Assembly (NCBI GenBank): GCA_013239625.1
Contig: MU053881.1
Coordinates: forward strand, 1,922,001-1,986,000
Direction of reading: 5' to 3'
Length of the DNA stretch: 64,000 nucleotides
Origin: Lama guanicoe
Lineage: Eukaryota
The position numbers were made by a program, and so were the translations under genes. Positions 12,151 through 38,827 of this stretch are shown here, piece by piece; positions within the stretch are counted from its first letter, which is position 1, and every line of letters starts with the position of its first letter. The notes under the pieces were generated by a model, which saw only the letters and a list, made by a program, of their open reading frames with translations, was not told the DNA's origin and did not search any database.

Positions 12151-13049
12151 CAGGTCTCAAGAAGAACAGGAACAGAACGAAAGGAGCCTGTGAGTAATTC
12201 CAAAGGCACTCCTGCCTGCGGAGACTCAGGCCTGACTTAGGGCACCACTCATCTAAGGGCATCTTATGCCAAGGCCTCCAAGGGTAATGGTTACCTCTGG
12301 TACCCAGGACACCTCCCTGGATGGGAAAGGAAACCCAAGGGTGGTTGTGGTCACTGGGATATTGGGTCCAAGGCCTGTGGTCGGGGCTGGCATCTGCTGA
12401 GTCAGGCCCAGGAAAGCTGGCAGGAGGGCCATTTCTCTCCCCAGCATACCCACTGAGGGGAGGCTGGGAGGGGAGCCAGAGGTCATTTCCTCTGACTCAG
12501 CGGCCATTCTCCTCCCAGAGGAGCTCCCCTGGAGGACAGGGCATCTCCATGTGGCGCTGGCCTGCCCGCCGGCCAACCTGCATGCCACTCAGCACAGTCT
12601 GGGCTTTGTGCTCAGACAAGAAAGGGACACTTGTGATTCAGACAATGGGCCGGGGCGCTCCCATCTGGCCTGGGCTCCAGCTTCCCTGGGTCAGCTGTGT
12701 CCTTCCCTCCGCTTCTGCCCACGCTGCTCCCACCCATCCCTGGAGAATGGAGGCTTGGGAAGAGGAGCAGAGACCCGCCGCGGGCCCAGGCCGCGGTTTG
12801 GCACATGTCTGGCCATAAAGAGGAGGATGCGAGCTTCTTTCCTCTCCCCGGGTAGGAAACATCGCCTCTGGGGCATCCAACTCGGGTCAGGTCATTTCGC
12901 AGGCGGGGTTGGGGGTGGGGGGGTGGCAGCTCACAGACCCCAGACCCATGCCTCCTCCTCCCCACCGCAAGCCCAGGGGCTGGGCCGCCCCCACGTTTGC
13001 AGCCACCCCAAGAGCCCTGCTGCGACTACTGCAGCCACGTGGGAGCCAG

Positions 13050-13870
13050 CTCGTGCCCACGGGGCCGCTCGCCCCCCACCCCCACCCTCGACGGCTGTGG
13101 AGGCAGGCACACCTAGACAGACCAGAAGGGCGAAGTTTCCCTCACCGGGCGAGTGAGTGTCCCCACACCCCGTCTCCCACTGCGCCCCCGGGCTGCCGCC
13201 CCTCGTGGGGTGGGGGAGGGGGAGGGGGCGTCGCCGCCCCGCAGCCGCGTTGCCGGGGAGCGCAACCCAGTTGCTGTGGCAACCGTTTCCAAGCGAACCG
13301 GTGGCGGCTCGCTCCCCGCTCCAGCTCCTTCGCTCACTGGCGCCCTCCCTCTCCCTCCCTCTCTCCCTCCCTCTGGTGTGGCCTGGGGGAGGGGCTGGCC
13401 GGGGCGGGGGTCCGGGGCAGCGACCCGGGGCCAGGGCGCGGAGCCGCCCGCGGGGAGGGGCTCAGCCCCGGGACCATCTTCCGCCCGCGCTCCGGGACCG
13501 CCCGGCCGGCCGCCGCGGTACTCACGGGCCCAGGCATCCTCCTCGAGCTCGTCCTCCTGGCTCGGGGCGAGCAGCGCGGGCCCCGCGGACAGAGCCCCCG
13601 ACTCGGGGGAAGCGGCGGCGGCCCCAGGGAGCTGACTGTGGCAGCGAAGGCGGCTCCGAGCGCTGGGCTGGAGCCGCGGGGCGCGCGCACGGGCACGTAC
13701 ACGGCGCGTACCGAGCCCGGCGTGCGCGCGCGCGCGGCAGCCAGCATAGGGCCCCCACCCCCTGCCACTCGTTGCTGAGGAGGCTGTCCCGGGAGCGAAA
13801 GGCGGAGGACCCAGCACCCACATGTCGCACCGAGACTCGGCACCCAGTGCGCCGGGATCATCCTGCACAG
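13050..13870 (-). promoter_or_regulatory. PRR7: CpG island, probable PRR7 promoter and non-coding first exon (donor CC|GTGAGT at 13526/13525)
   Basis: CpG-dense; consensus minus-strand donor; about 8 kb upstream of the PRR7 CDS with no other gene in between. Confidence 0.6.
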
Positions 13871-13960
13871 GGAATGCCCACTCTACACCGCCCAGCTCCT
13901 GGCAACAGGCTGTCCCGAGCACACAGGATGCTGAGCCAAGCAGCTGAGATCGAGAACCCT

Positions 13961-14030
13961 GAGAGAGAGAGACACACACACACACACACACACACCCCAC
14001 ACACACACCACACACACACACACCCCCACA

Positions 14031-14061
<31 letters not shown>

Positions 14062-14062
14062 C
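13961..14062. repeat. Compound (GA)n-(CA)n interrupted microsatellite
   Basis: gagagagagaga followed by cacacaca tracts. Confidence 0.95.
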
Positions 14063-17000
14063 CCTCAACTGGGAGAGCGCACTCAAGTCCGGTCCCCGGC
14101 CATCTCCTAACAAGCACCGCACACACGAGGTGGGGGGATTGTGGAGCAGGCGGGCACCCCAGTGTGACTCAATCCACAAATCCAGGGCCCCCTCCCAACG
14201 CACGGCCCTTCCTACTGTCTCCAGCAAGCACACACCACCGCATGGTTAGTAAGTAGCACAGGGAGGAGAACCTAGTGCTGGATCCATAGTCCTGGCCTCC
14301 ATGGACCCTGCTCATCTCCAGGGAAGACTGGTGAGCCCTAGTGAGGGTCCCATTGTTCAGGCTGAGTCTGAAACTGGTTGTCCAAAACCTCTTAATTGGT
14401 TCTCTGTTTCCAGTCCAAATTCTCCACTATACTTAGGGTGATCTTCCCAAAACACCCTCCACCACCACATAGGCTGGGACTTTTTGAGTTGCAAGTTGCA
14501 GAACCCCAAAACAAATAGGTTTGAGCCCAAAGGCATTTGGCTCATGTAACTGGGAAGTCCACGGGTAGATTTTTAGCTATGGACGTGCTCCTTTAGCCCT
14601 GCCTCAGACTAGCCTTTGGAGCACGTTGGGGAGATCTTGGAGCCTCCTTGATATCACCCATGTTAGTCTGTCCACCTGCCACTCTACATTTTCCTCTACA
14701 ATCTGTTCCAGGTGTCCCAGCTATGACATCAGGCACGTATCTGTTCTCTCCACTCAGCTTTCTTCCCTGTTTGCATCATTTTCAGGCAAATATCCCCCTG
14801 AGTGGTGGTGAGGATGACCCTGCCACCGATCCCCAGAGGAACTGAGAACCCTAGTTCTTCCCTAATAGTTCTAGCAACCCACGTGGGCTTTTTGGATTCA
14901 TTTCGGTTGAGTGATGCAGGTATAGGGGAGGGGATATGTGTTCAGCCACCCATATCCATTCCTTTTTCTTTGGGTATGAGCACCCTGCTTTCACTAGGGA
15001 AACTCAATGCACCTTGTGGGTGCCATGAGTGGGCCTGTGAACCCAAGTGCCCTGCTCTTCCAATGCACACTGAGCAGGTTCCCAGCCTGGTTTGGGTTCA
15101 GAGCTAGGCTCAATGATGCAGACATAAACATAGCTGTAGCATCTTGCTCCAGGGGGTTGTGCCCTGGTAAGAATGGGGTCTGCAACTGTGACCCCAAAGC
15201 TGTCCCAGTTCTGATTTGTCCTGTCTGTTGGCTCCTCCATATCCTGTTAACACTTTCTAAGGTAGCTATAGGACAGCTGTGTCACTTGCAACCAAAGATC
15301 CCTAACAGTGCCATCTGGGTCATGCTCTAGTGTATGTATATGCAGGGGGTGCTAGTCCAGCCCCATTTAAACCACAAGGACTGACAGAGGAGTTTACCCA
15401 AAGGAAACATAGGGTCCTTTTGTACATGCTTGGTAGACATCCTGACACAGCCACCTAAAATCCTTTGGAAAGTCACCTTCCACATGAGTCCCCACATCTG
15501 AACACAGCTTTCAAAGCCTGGTGTGGCTGAGTCTCACTGACCTTGGCTCCAGCCACTCCTTTCTTCCACCTCTACCCGACGTACAGCCATCCCAAACCCC
15601 TAGAGGCCCAGGACCATCCATCTGGCTCCTCACTCCTCTACCTGGGAGCATCTGGTTCTGTGTTTTGGAGGGTACCAGCTCTTGACAACTTTGTGGCAAT
15701 GGGCGTCCCCTGCTTGGTATTGGCCCCAGCCCCAGTCCTGTCGCAGTCCCAGCCCCACCAGCTCTAGAATCGTCACTACCATGGTGCTGATCACATTGGG
15801 TCCTACTGTTCCCATGTCTGTTTGCCTACCGGACTCAGCTCCAAACTGGCAGGGGCCTCATCTCCACCTGGGTTCCCAGCTCCCACCAGAGAGCTGGTTG
15901 GGGAGGAGGTGAGCTTGGCTTTTTGGGAAGTGAATTCTGGAAGTTTCTGCTGTCAAGGACTCACTGTGGTAAGAACTTTAAGGTAGGTCTGAACCCTAGC
16001 CACGAAGTTCCCTGGGTGTCTCTTTAGCCCAAGGGGAGTCTGGACCCACCTATCTGCCTGGCACTCATCCTCACATGCCTGCCCTGCACTGGGCTGTGGT
16101 CTCTGCATGCGAAGACCTACCTACCTTCCCCGGCCCCTGCAACAGAGCCTGGAGCAACTCAGGCTCCAAGCTTCATCTTCAACTGGCTTCCTCTCCACCC
16201 TGCAATGGCCAATCACCAGCTGGAAGACCTCAGGCAAGGCCCTCTCCCTACCCTTCTTGCCTCAAGTTAATAGAAACAGCAGCGCATGCTCCCCAGACCA
16301 TCACGAGCTGGGCTGCCATCACAGCCCCTTCTGTTAAGTTGCTGCTTGGAACCTTCCTGCTGCCCCTGAGATAGCCATCAGCCTGGGACCCAGCACCCAC
16401 TCTCCCAGCAGGCAAGAGTCCTGACAGTGACCCAGGGGCTCAAGGGGGTGACTGGCTGCTTAAGTGGATTCTCGTAGTCACCCTGTGAAACAATGGGTAA
16501 CACACCCATTTTTCCAGAGAGGAAGGGCCTATGCAAAGCCAGCTTGACAAGTGGCCAGGTTGGGACTTGAAACCCAAAACTGCCCAACTACAAAGCTCAT
16601 GTGGCCTCTGTGGTATGGGGTGCCCCACCCAGAGGCAAGGAACAAACCTTTATGGTGGCTACAGGGCATCACTGGGGGACTAGAGCCATTGGGAGGCTAT
16701 GGACCAGGGACAGGTTCGTGAAGTCTGGGACAGAATTGTGGTCAACAGGTTGTCACCCCCAAGTCTTTGCACAGGTGGAATGCTCCCCAATTCCTTTGTC
16801 CCCTGGGTGACTGTCTCCTTCAAGGCCTGGCTCAACTGCTACCCTCAGAGAATCCTCCCTGATGCTCACATGGCTGGTCTCCACCCACCTCTGCCACAGC
16901 CTGACTCCCAGCATCACCACTGTCTGTCCAGCCACATTTCCTGCTTCAAAGGCAGAGCAGATGAATGGTTCTAACACATGTGCACTGGCCCTGGGCAAAT

Positions 17001-17646
17001 CACACAGCAGGTGTCCAGGTAAGACAAACTGGGCGGGTGTTTCTAACAGCAGCTCCCACCTCACACCTCAGGCTGCTCTAAACCCACAACTAGCGGCCAG
17101 GCCACCTTGGCTTTGGAGGAAACACTGCCAGCTGAGCCTGCCTCTCCAGCACAGGCAGAGCCAGACCCACACCCTAGTGGAGACCCAAGACTTCTTCCCT
17201 CAGGTCTCATCCCCCCTGAGGAAGCTGGAGGGCCCAAAGGCCACCAAAGCCTGGCTGCCTGGCGAGGCTACCACAAGACTACCCACAGCGGTCTTGGAGG
17301 GACAGGGAAGGGCCTTGCTGGAAGGGCAGCCCTCACCACCCCCACTTCCAACCCCTCCCCACTTTCAGCAGGGCCAGGGGAGCAGGAAGACCCCTGGACC
17401 ACCAGGGGCAAGAAAGAGGCAGGCAGGGGCAGCTGGCCAGGTTTGTGCTCAGACTGTATTCACATAGAGACACGTGGCAGCTTACATTGGACAAAATGAG
17501 TAATAAAAATTGGCTTTAAATATGGAAAAACTGGGGCCCTGTAATCCCGAGCTACCCTAACACTGGGACCAGGATGGCCATCACAGTCTGGGAAGGGCCA
17601 GGGCTGGGGCCTCGGGTACAGGCACACAGCCTCAGCCTACCCCCTT

Positions 17647-17654
17647 CACACACT

Positions 17655-17694
<40 letters not shown>

Positions 17695-17707
17695 ACAGGC
17701 ACACACA
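17647..17707. repeat. (CA)n microsatellite in probable GRK6 3' UTR
   Basis: cacacaca tract. Confidence 0.95.
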
Positions 17708-18515
17708 GGGAGGGGCGGATTATTGCTGGGCACATGTGTCTGTTGTTATGAGGGGAGTCTGGAATGTTTGAGGGTTGACCAGGGACACCCCTGCCCCCAC
17801 CCTTCCTATGGCCTGGGCTGGGGTGTTTCTGCAAGAGGTGTCTTCAGGAACGGGGCCCAGCATGAGGGACAAGGTGCCCTGGAAGCTGGAAGGCAGAGGC
17901 AGACCCCTCTGGGACAGCCTGGGCAGTGGACTGAGGGGTCCCAGGGTCAGCCCAATCTCTGGTCACACTTTGGCACAGGCCTAGGGGACACTGAGGCCCC
18001 AGATCCAGCTCTGACCAGTGCTGAGAAGGGACAGCACTGGGCCCCAGACATGGCGGCCCGAGCCCAGGGCGGCAGGGGCAGGCATGAGTCTTACTCGGAG
18101 GTCGGCGGTGGCAAGCACAGTGCTCGGGGCTCAGGACCCTGGCCCGGCCCAGCCTCACCCATCCGGGCCGGGCCTTAGGAGCCTGGAGTTTGGCAGCAGC
18201 CCCTCTGCCGGCTCCAGGGTAGGTCTTAAGAACGCTCTGGTTGCTATATACATTCGTACAAAGACATAAATACAGAAAGCCCCGAGCTCCACAGACAAGA
18301 GCTGAAGGGACGCACCTTTGTCCCAGGGACAGCCCAGGCCTTGCCAAACTCAGCCAGACTAGGGGCTGAAGGGCAGAGGGCACCAGGGACAGCTCCGGCT
18401 GTGTTCCCCAGACCACGACTCGAGTGGACAAGGGGGAAGACCACTGTGCAAAACTGTAAACAGCGCTCGGAGTAGCTGCTACCGCCAGCTGCCCGGGGGT
18501 GCCTCGGGCTGGGGG

Positions 18516-32551
<14,036 letters not shown>

Positions 32552-35348
32552 GGGATGCGGCGCCGCCGGGCCCGCCGGGCCGCGCCGCCGGCCGGGATCG
32601 CGCGAGGGAGCCGGGGCCGGATGGCAATCGGCGCGGCTCGGCTCGGCTCGGCTGGCAGTGACCGCGCCGCGGCCTCCCGGGCCTCCCCGGCCTCCGCCGC
32701 CCGCCGCGCACTCTCCGCCCCCTCCCGGGGGCCACCCGGGCACCGGCCCGCCCCGCCCCGGCCCGCCCTCTGTTTACTTTACTCGGCCAATAATCGGGCG
32801 GGTACTCCCCGCGCCGTCTTTCCATTAGACAGTCTCTTCATTACCCCCCGCCCCTAGAGCCAGGGATTCGTTCAAAGAAATAGAGGGCGGGACTTAATAC
32901 GTCACCTCTTCCTGGTTGGTCTGCGGTGAGGTTCGGCCCTTACGTTCGAATTTCTGGGCCTTCGTAGGATACAGAACTGCCAATTAGGGCCGAGCCCTCT
33001 GCGGGGACAACGGAGGTGGGTCCTCTGGGTCACGCCTCAGAAGCCTGGTATTTTATTGGATGAAGAAGCGTCAGTCATTCTCAGCAGTGCACTCTTATTG
33101 GGTCACTAGATGTGGGTGTGGCCCGGGTCCCTTTGGCTCGCCTCCGCTTTTCCAGGGTTTGTAGGGAATGCCTTTGGTGTCTTGGGACTCTTGCTGGCCA
33201 GCCTCTTGCAGGTTCAGGCCATGTGTCTGGCCGTATTCCTCTCGGTCGGCCCATCCTGGAGGGCGTACATCGGAAGTGGGGCGAAGCCCACAGCAGGCTG
33301 CTGCCTCTGGCCGGGCCGCTTCGGGACGCCCTCGGCCTCGGCTGCCTTATTAGGCAGCGCTACCATCCCAAGACGGAGGGATGAGCTCACACCCATTATA
33401 CAGGTGGGGAGGTGAGGTCCGGTTGCTGGCTCCAAGCCGAAGACCAGGGAGAAAACAAGGCTGAAGTTTTACAGCTAATCAACACTTTTTAGCTCAACAT
33501 CCTACTCCCTCCACCCTCGCTTCACACACCAGGAAACAGAGACTTGCCCAAACTTGCGAGTAAGGCAGAGCCAGATTCAACTAGGCTTCTCTGCTCCCTA
33601 CCAATCCATTCATCCAAAGGTACAGAGCACGCATTCTGTGCCGAGCACCAGGTGCTGGAGAATACAATGGTGCCACCAAATTAGCCTATCTCTCTGCCTA
33701 CCTGCTAGAAAGGGGATTAAGGTGATAATCCTATAAATAAATAAATGGGATAGTCTGAGAGAGAGTAGTAAGTGCTATTAAGACTTAGGGCAAAATATTG
33801 AGGGGAAATTTGAGCGGATTCAACCACACAAAGATCTGGGGGAACAGAGTTCCAAGCAGAGACAACAGCAAGTGCAAAGTTCTGAGCCTAGAGTAAGTTT
33901 AGTACGTTCAAGGAACAGGAAGAAGGCCTGTGTAGCTTCAGGGCCCAATGGTCTGAGATGAGATAAAGAAGCAAGGATTCGAGGTTGATCCTGGAAGGCT
34001 TTGTAAACCATGGCGAGGAGTTAGTTTGTTTCTCTTAGATGAAATATGGGGCTTTTGAAAGGATGGTTTATACTTGAAAAGATCACTCTGGCTAGTGGGC
34101 TTTTAGGGGGCCAAGAGCTAGCAGTTGGGAGGCTACAGAATTCAAGGAGAGAGGATAGGGCTTGGATCAAGAAGATGGCAGCGGAGATGGAGAAAAATGC
34201 ATGAATCAAGGATACTTTGGAGAATAAAAATAAGTACCTTGAAAGAGGAAAACCTGGTGGCCAGTAGGACAAAGGGCAGTTACCTCACCCAGTGAAGGCT
34301 GTTGTGTCCAAGCGAGACCTGAGAGTTAAGTGAGAATGTGTAGGTTTCAAAGGTAACTGTAGTGCAGAGGGAAAGAGCATCTAGATAGAGGGCCAGAGCA
34401 TGTTCAAATTTGTAGAGGAAGGTGGTAAGGACTTCATGCACTTGGTGCCTGAGGGCAGAGCACTGAACTAGGGTTTCAGGTACACATTGTGGTGGGCATG
34501 GGGAGCAAGAAGTAAAGCCCAAGACTTGGAGGGGCCTGGATCAGGGAGGTCCTTGGAAGCTAGGCAAGGAGTCTGGATTTCATTGGAGCGTAGTGGGGAG
34601 CTGTCCAGGGTGTGTTAAGCCAGAGAGTAGTGTGATCAGATTTGCTTACTCTGAGCCACACTGTGAAGGTGTGCTATGGGCAGGGGTGAAGTGTCAGGGG
34701 AGAGGGACTTTGGCTGACTTGTAAAGATCTATTGTTTTGGTGCCCAGCCTCTGAACCCTCCCCTTTGGGAGGAAACCTATAAAATGCAGAGGCAGACCCT
34801 GCTTTCCACTAGGGAAATCAGAGGAAGCAGAATTTCCTCTCTAAGGTCCTTGGTAGCTGGAGCACGTTTCCAAAGCTTGCAAGCAGGTCTTTGAAATCCA
34901 AAGCAAGCGATTAACATAAGACATCAGGGGGACCATTTAGGACCCATAAAGGTGGCAATGGAAGAAGAGGGGGAGGTGGGCAAACCAGGCCCTTCCTTGG
35001 GTAGGAGGCTTCAGCAAGTACGCAAGAGCAGTTCCTTGTCAGCCTAAGTTACCCAGAGTTAGCTTCATTGTTTGCAGTCAAGTGTCCTGAGTCAGACAGA
35101 TGGAAGGTCCTTTTAAAAGGAACCATTACAGAGAAGAATGATGCCGTGTGCTGGGGCAGTGACCAGGGGGTGCAGGCAAGTAGCCAAGTTGAGAGCTATC
35201 ACCGAGCTGGGATGAATAAGAATTGATGATTGCTATGGGGGGAGGAGGGGAAGGAATCACACTCAAGTCTTGGGTTCTGACTCTTCAACCTATTTTCTAC
35301 CTATGGCCAAAATGGTCCCTTTTATTTTATTTTAAAGGCAGTGGGATT

Positions 35349-35521
35349 ATTTTTTATTTTTTTAACACTTTTTATTATATTTTTTAATGTTTTTAAAATT
35401 ATTTATTTATTTATTTAGGGTTAATTAGATTTATTTATTTATTTAATGGAGGTACTGGGGATTGGGCCCAGGACCTCATGCATGCTAAGCACACACTCTA
35501 CCACTGAGCTGCACCCTCCCC
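35349..35521 (-). mobile_element. tRNA-Ala-derived SINE
   Basis: ggaggtactggggattgggcccaggacctcatgcatgctaagcacacactctaccactgagct with (ttta)n tail. Confidence 0.85.
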
Positions 35522-36209
35522 ACAATGTTATCCTTTTTAAAAGGGAAAGCTGCCACCGTTCATCTGACATATCCATTTTTAAGGTTTATCCTATAAATAT
35601 AATTGCACTCAAGCAAAATAAGAAATGAATGTTCAAGTTTGTTCATTGCAGCATTGTCCAAAACCAGCAAATGTACTCATTGTCCTTAACAGAGGCTAGT
35701 TAAGTAAAATTTGGGCCTTTCCTGTACAGGAATACGATGTAGCTGTTTAAAAAAAAAAAGTGTGAGAGTGCTTTCCACGTACTGATACAGACGATCTCCA
35801 AGATAAATTGTTAAATGAAAAAAACAAAGTGCAGAACAGTGAGTAAGTTTGCTACCAGTTGTGTAAAAAGCATCAGGATAGGCTATGTTATGCTGCAGTA
35901 ACAAACAATCCCCAAATTGAAGTGACTAAAAACCACAAAAGTTTATTTCTCAGGTATACCCCATGTCCAACACAGGTTGTTGGGAGGTGGGAAGGCCCCA
36001 CTCAGAGTAGTCACTCAGGACCCAGGACGACAGGGACTCCATCTCAATTTGTGCTTCTACAGTGGCAGACAGTAAAAGGAAATGCGGCAAATGGTATCAT
36101 TCAGCTTGCACCTGCAAGCAACACACATCACTTCTGCTCACATTACATTGGTCAAGGCAACCACGTGGCCACAACTAGCTTGAAGTGGGCAGGGTGGGCA
36201 TCCAACACT

Positions 36210-36840
36210 GCTGAGACAGGTTGTGTTTTCCAAAGATCAGCTTAGCAATATACTTCCATCCCACAGGGACTTCTGCAATGTGACCTTGCCTCCCCTACAC
36301 CAAGAGGTGGGCTCGTATTTCCCTGTCCTTGCCTCTGGTCTGGCCTTAGTAACTCTCGTCATCAATAGAATGTGGTGGAAGTAATGCCCATGAGATCTGA
36401 GATCAGGTCACAAAAAGCTGAGCAGCCTGGTTCTCTTGCAACACTTGTTCTCCAGAAGCTTCTCTCAGGATGTTCCCTCAGGATCATGAGCTGTGCTGTG
36501 ATAAGTCCATGCTGAATAGAAAGGTCACATGCAGGTACGTGCTCTGCTATGGTTGACAGTTCTAGCTGACCCCAGCTTTCCAGTTGTCCCACCCAGAGCA
36601 CCAGCCTGATGAGCAAAGAAGCTTCTGGGTGATTCCAGCTCCCGGGCACTCCTATCAGCCCCAGCTGTTCAAGAATCCCCAGCTGAGGCCCCTGGTGTTG
36701 TGGTGCAGAGACAGACATCCCTGCTCCAACCTGCCTGAATTCCCCACCCGCACAGTCCATGAGCCTAATAAGTTGTTGTTTTATGCTGCTAAGTTGGGAA
36801 TGATTTGCTACACAGACACAGATTCTGGAATAACAGCTAT
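36210..36840 (+). mobile_element. MaLR (MLT1-type) LTR remnant
   Basis: MLT1-like 3' end ctaataagttgttgttttatgctgctaagttgggaatgatttgctacac; boundaries approximate. Confidence 0.6.
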
Positions 36841-37124
36841 ACGCCTAGAAGGAGAATAGAATTGGAAATATTTAGTGACCGACACTAACTCCCACAGATG
36901 AATCTGCCTCCATACGCACGGACCCCTCTTCTAGAAGGCCGCATGAGGCATGGGAACGTGGGTTGTCTCTAGGAAGGGGGAGTTAGATGGCTGGGGACAG
37001 GGACGGGAGGGGAGCTTTTCATCTTATGCCCTTTTGGATTTTCATTTTGTATCACGTAACTCTACTGCTTATTTTAAAAACAATCAGCCTGGTCCTGTCA
37101 CCCTCCTGCTCAGGACCTCCCAGT

Positions 37125-37730
37125 GGCTTCCTGAGGTGGGCACCCTCTAAGAGGGCCCCAATGATCCCCTCTCCTGGAGTTCACACCATGATGTGATCCC
37201 CTCCCCTGGAGCATGGACTGGACCTAACGACTCACTTATCTTTTATTTATTACTTAATTTATTTGGGGGGTGAGGAAGTAATTAGGTTTATTTATTTATT
37301 TATTTTTAGAGGAGATACTGGGGATTGAACCCAAGACCTTGTGCATGCTAAGCATGCGCTGTAGCCCTTGAGCTATCTCCTCCTCCCTCACTTCTAATGA
37401 AAAGAATGCAGCAAAAGTGATGGACTGTCACTTCCAAGATCAGGTTACTAAAAGGCTGTGGCTTCTGTTTTAGGTACCCTGTCACCCCCTGAGGGAAGCC
37501 ACCTGCCACGTTGTGAGCTGCCTCACTGAGGCAGGGAACTGAGGTCTCTGGCCAACAGTCAAGGAGGGCCTGAGGCCAACTGCTTTGTGAATGAACTTGG
37601 AAGTGGATCCTCCCTAAGTCACAAGATCTGCAAAGCACAACAAAGAAAGCTATGCCTATAAATGTTTGTTGTTTAAGCTGCTAAATTTGGGGGCAATTTG
37701 TCATCTCTTATGAGCTGCAATAGATAATAC
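37125..37730 (+). mobile_element. MaLR (MLT1-type) LTR interrupted by a tRNA-derived SINE at about 37238-37386
   Basis: LTR start gggcaccctctaagagggccccaatgatccc, end gttgtttaagctgctaaatttggggcaatttgtc...gcaatagataa; SINE flanked by ctcactt duplication. Confidence 0.65.
37238..37386 (-). mobile_element. tRNA-Ala-derived SINE
   Basis: gatactggggattgaacccaagaccttgtgcatgctaagcatgcgc, ttta tail. Confidence 0.85.
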
Positions 37731-37871
37731 ACTGCCCATTACACTGAAAAATAAAACCCAAACTCTTCCCTGTGGCCTACCAGGGCCCAACGTGATCTGG
37801 GCCCGTGTAGTGCTCCAACATTATTTCACACACCTCTTCCTCTTGTCACACCTGACGCTACATCCACTTGG

Positions 37872-38070
37872 GGCTGTGCTGTCCAATACAGTAGCCACTG
37901 GCCACATTCAGTTATTTAAATTTAAATTAATTAAAATGAAATAAAATCAAAATTCAGTTCCTCAAACTACCCACTTTGTAAGTGCTCAGTAGGCACACGT
38001 GACTCACAGCCACCATATTGGACAACATGGGTAGGGATTATCCATCATCACAGAACGTTCTGACAGTGCT
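37872..38070. mobile_element. hAT-Charlie MITE (MER3/MER33-like)
   Basis: ctgtgctgtccaatacagtagccactggccac...ccaccatattggacaac, inverted termini. Confidence 0.55.
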
Positions 38071-38797
38071 GGGCTGGAGGAAGGAGTGACTTCCATTTGT
38101 ACAAAGGTTCCAGGATGATGGCCTGAATGACTGAGAGAAAAATGGTGCCACCGAGTGCGGAGGAATGAAGGATGGAGGGCTGGATAACTTCTGACCTCCT
38201 GAACTTGTCTTTGAATAGGCAGTTCGGCCACCTTTTGAGATCTCTGTCACAAGTCTCTGCTAGAGAGGAGACTGTCTCTGTGGATCCAGGCACCGATGAG
38301 CAGGAACTTACTGGTTTCCCCCTCCTCATCCCATAGATCCACCCCCCAGCTGTGGAGAGACAGAGACAAGGATGAGGGGGTGGTGCTTTTCTGCTCTGAT
38401 CCAAAACAGTTGATGGAAGATGTGCAAGGACAACTGGGTATGTGTGTAGAAACTGCTAAGACGGGAGAATGTAGCTGCACGAGAAAGTTTCTTTATAAAC
38501 TCCTACAGATTGAGCTCCAGCCACATGCCAGGCTCTGTCCTCTTGCAATCCAATTCAAGCACCTCGGTAGGTCGGCCAGGCGGTGTGAGTGCCATCCTTC
38601 CCCCACGAGGTGTGACAATCTAGATTCAGAGAGGCTGCGCCCTTGACCCACGGTCACACTGGGGGTCGGTGGCCAAGACGGAATTCGAAGGTTTCCTGAT
38701 TCAAGTTCATTGCTGTTTTTTTGCCTCCAGTCCTTGCTTCTAAAGTCATTATTTTCCTACTCTTTAAGCTGCTGACTTACAGAACTGATCACTAGGG

Positions 38798-38827
38798 GTT
38801 TTGTTTTGTTTTGTTTTGTTTTGTTTT
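38798..38827. repeat. (GTTTT)n microsatellite
   Basis: Read directly. Confidence 0.9.

Noticed and set aside
12551..14233. Several 200-337-aa overlapping ORFs
   Set aside because: Low-complexity R/P/G/A translations of a CpG island and CA repeat; no domain or splice logic
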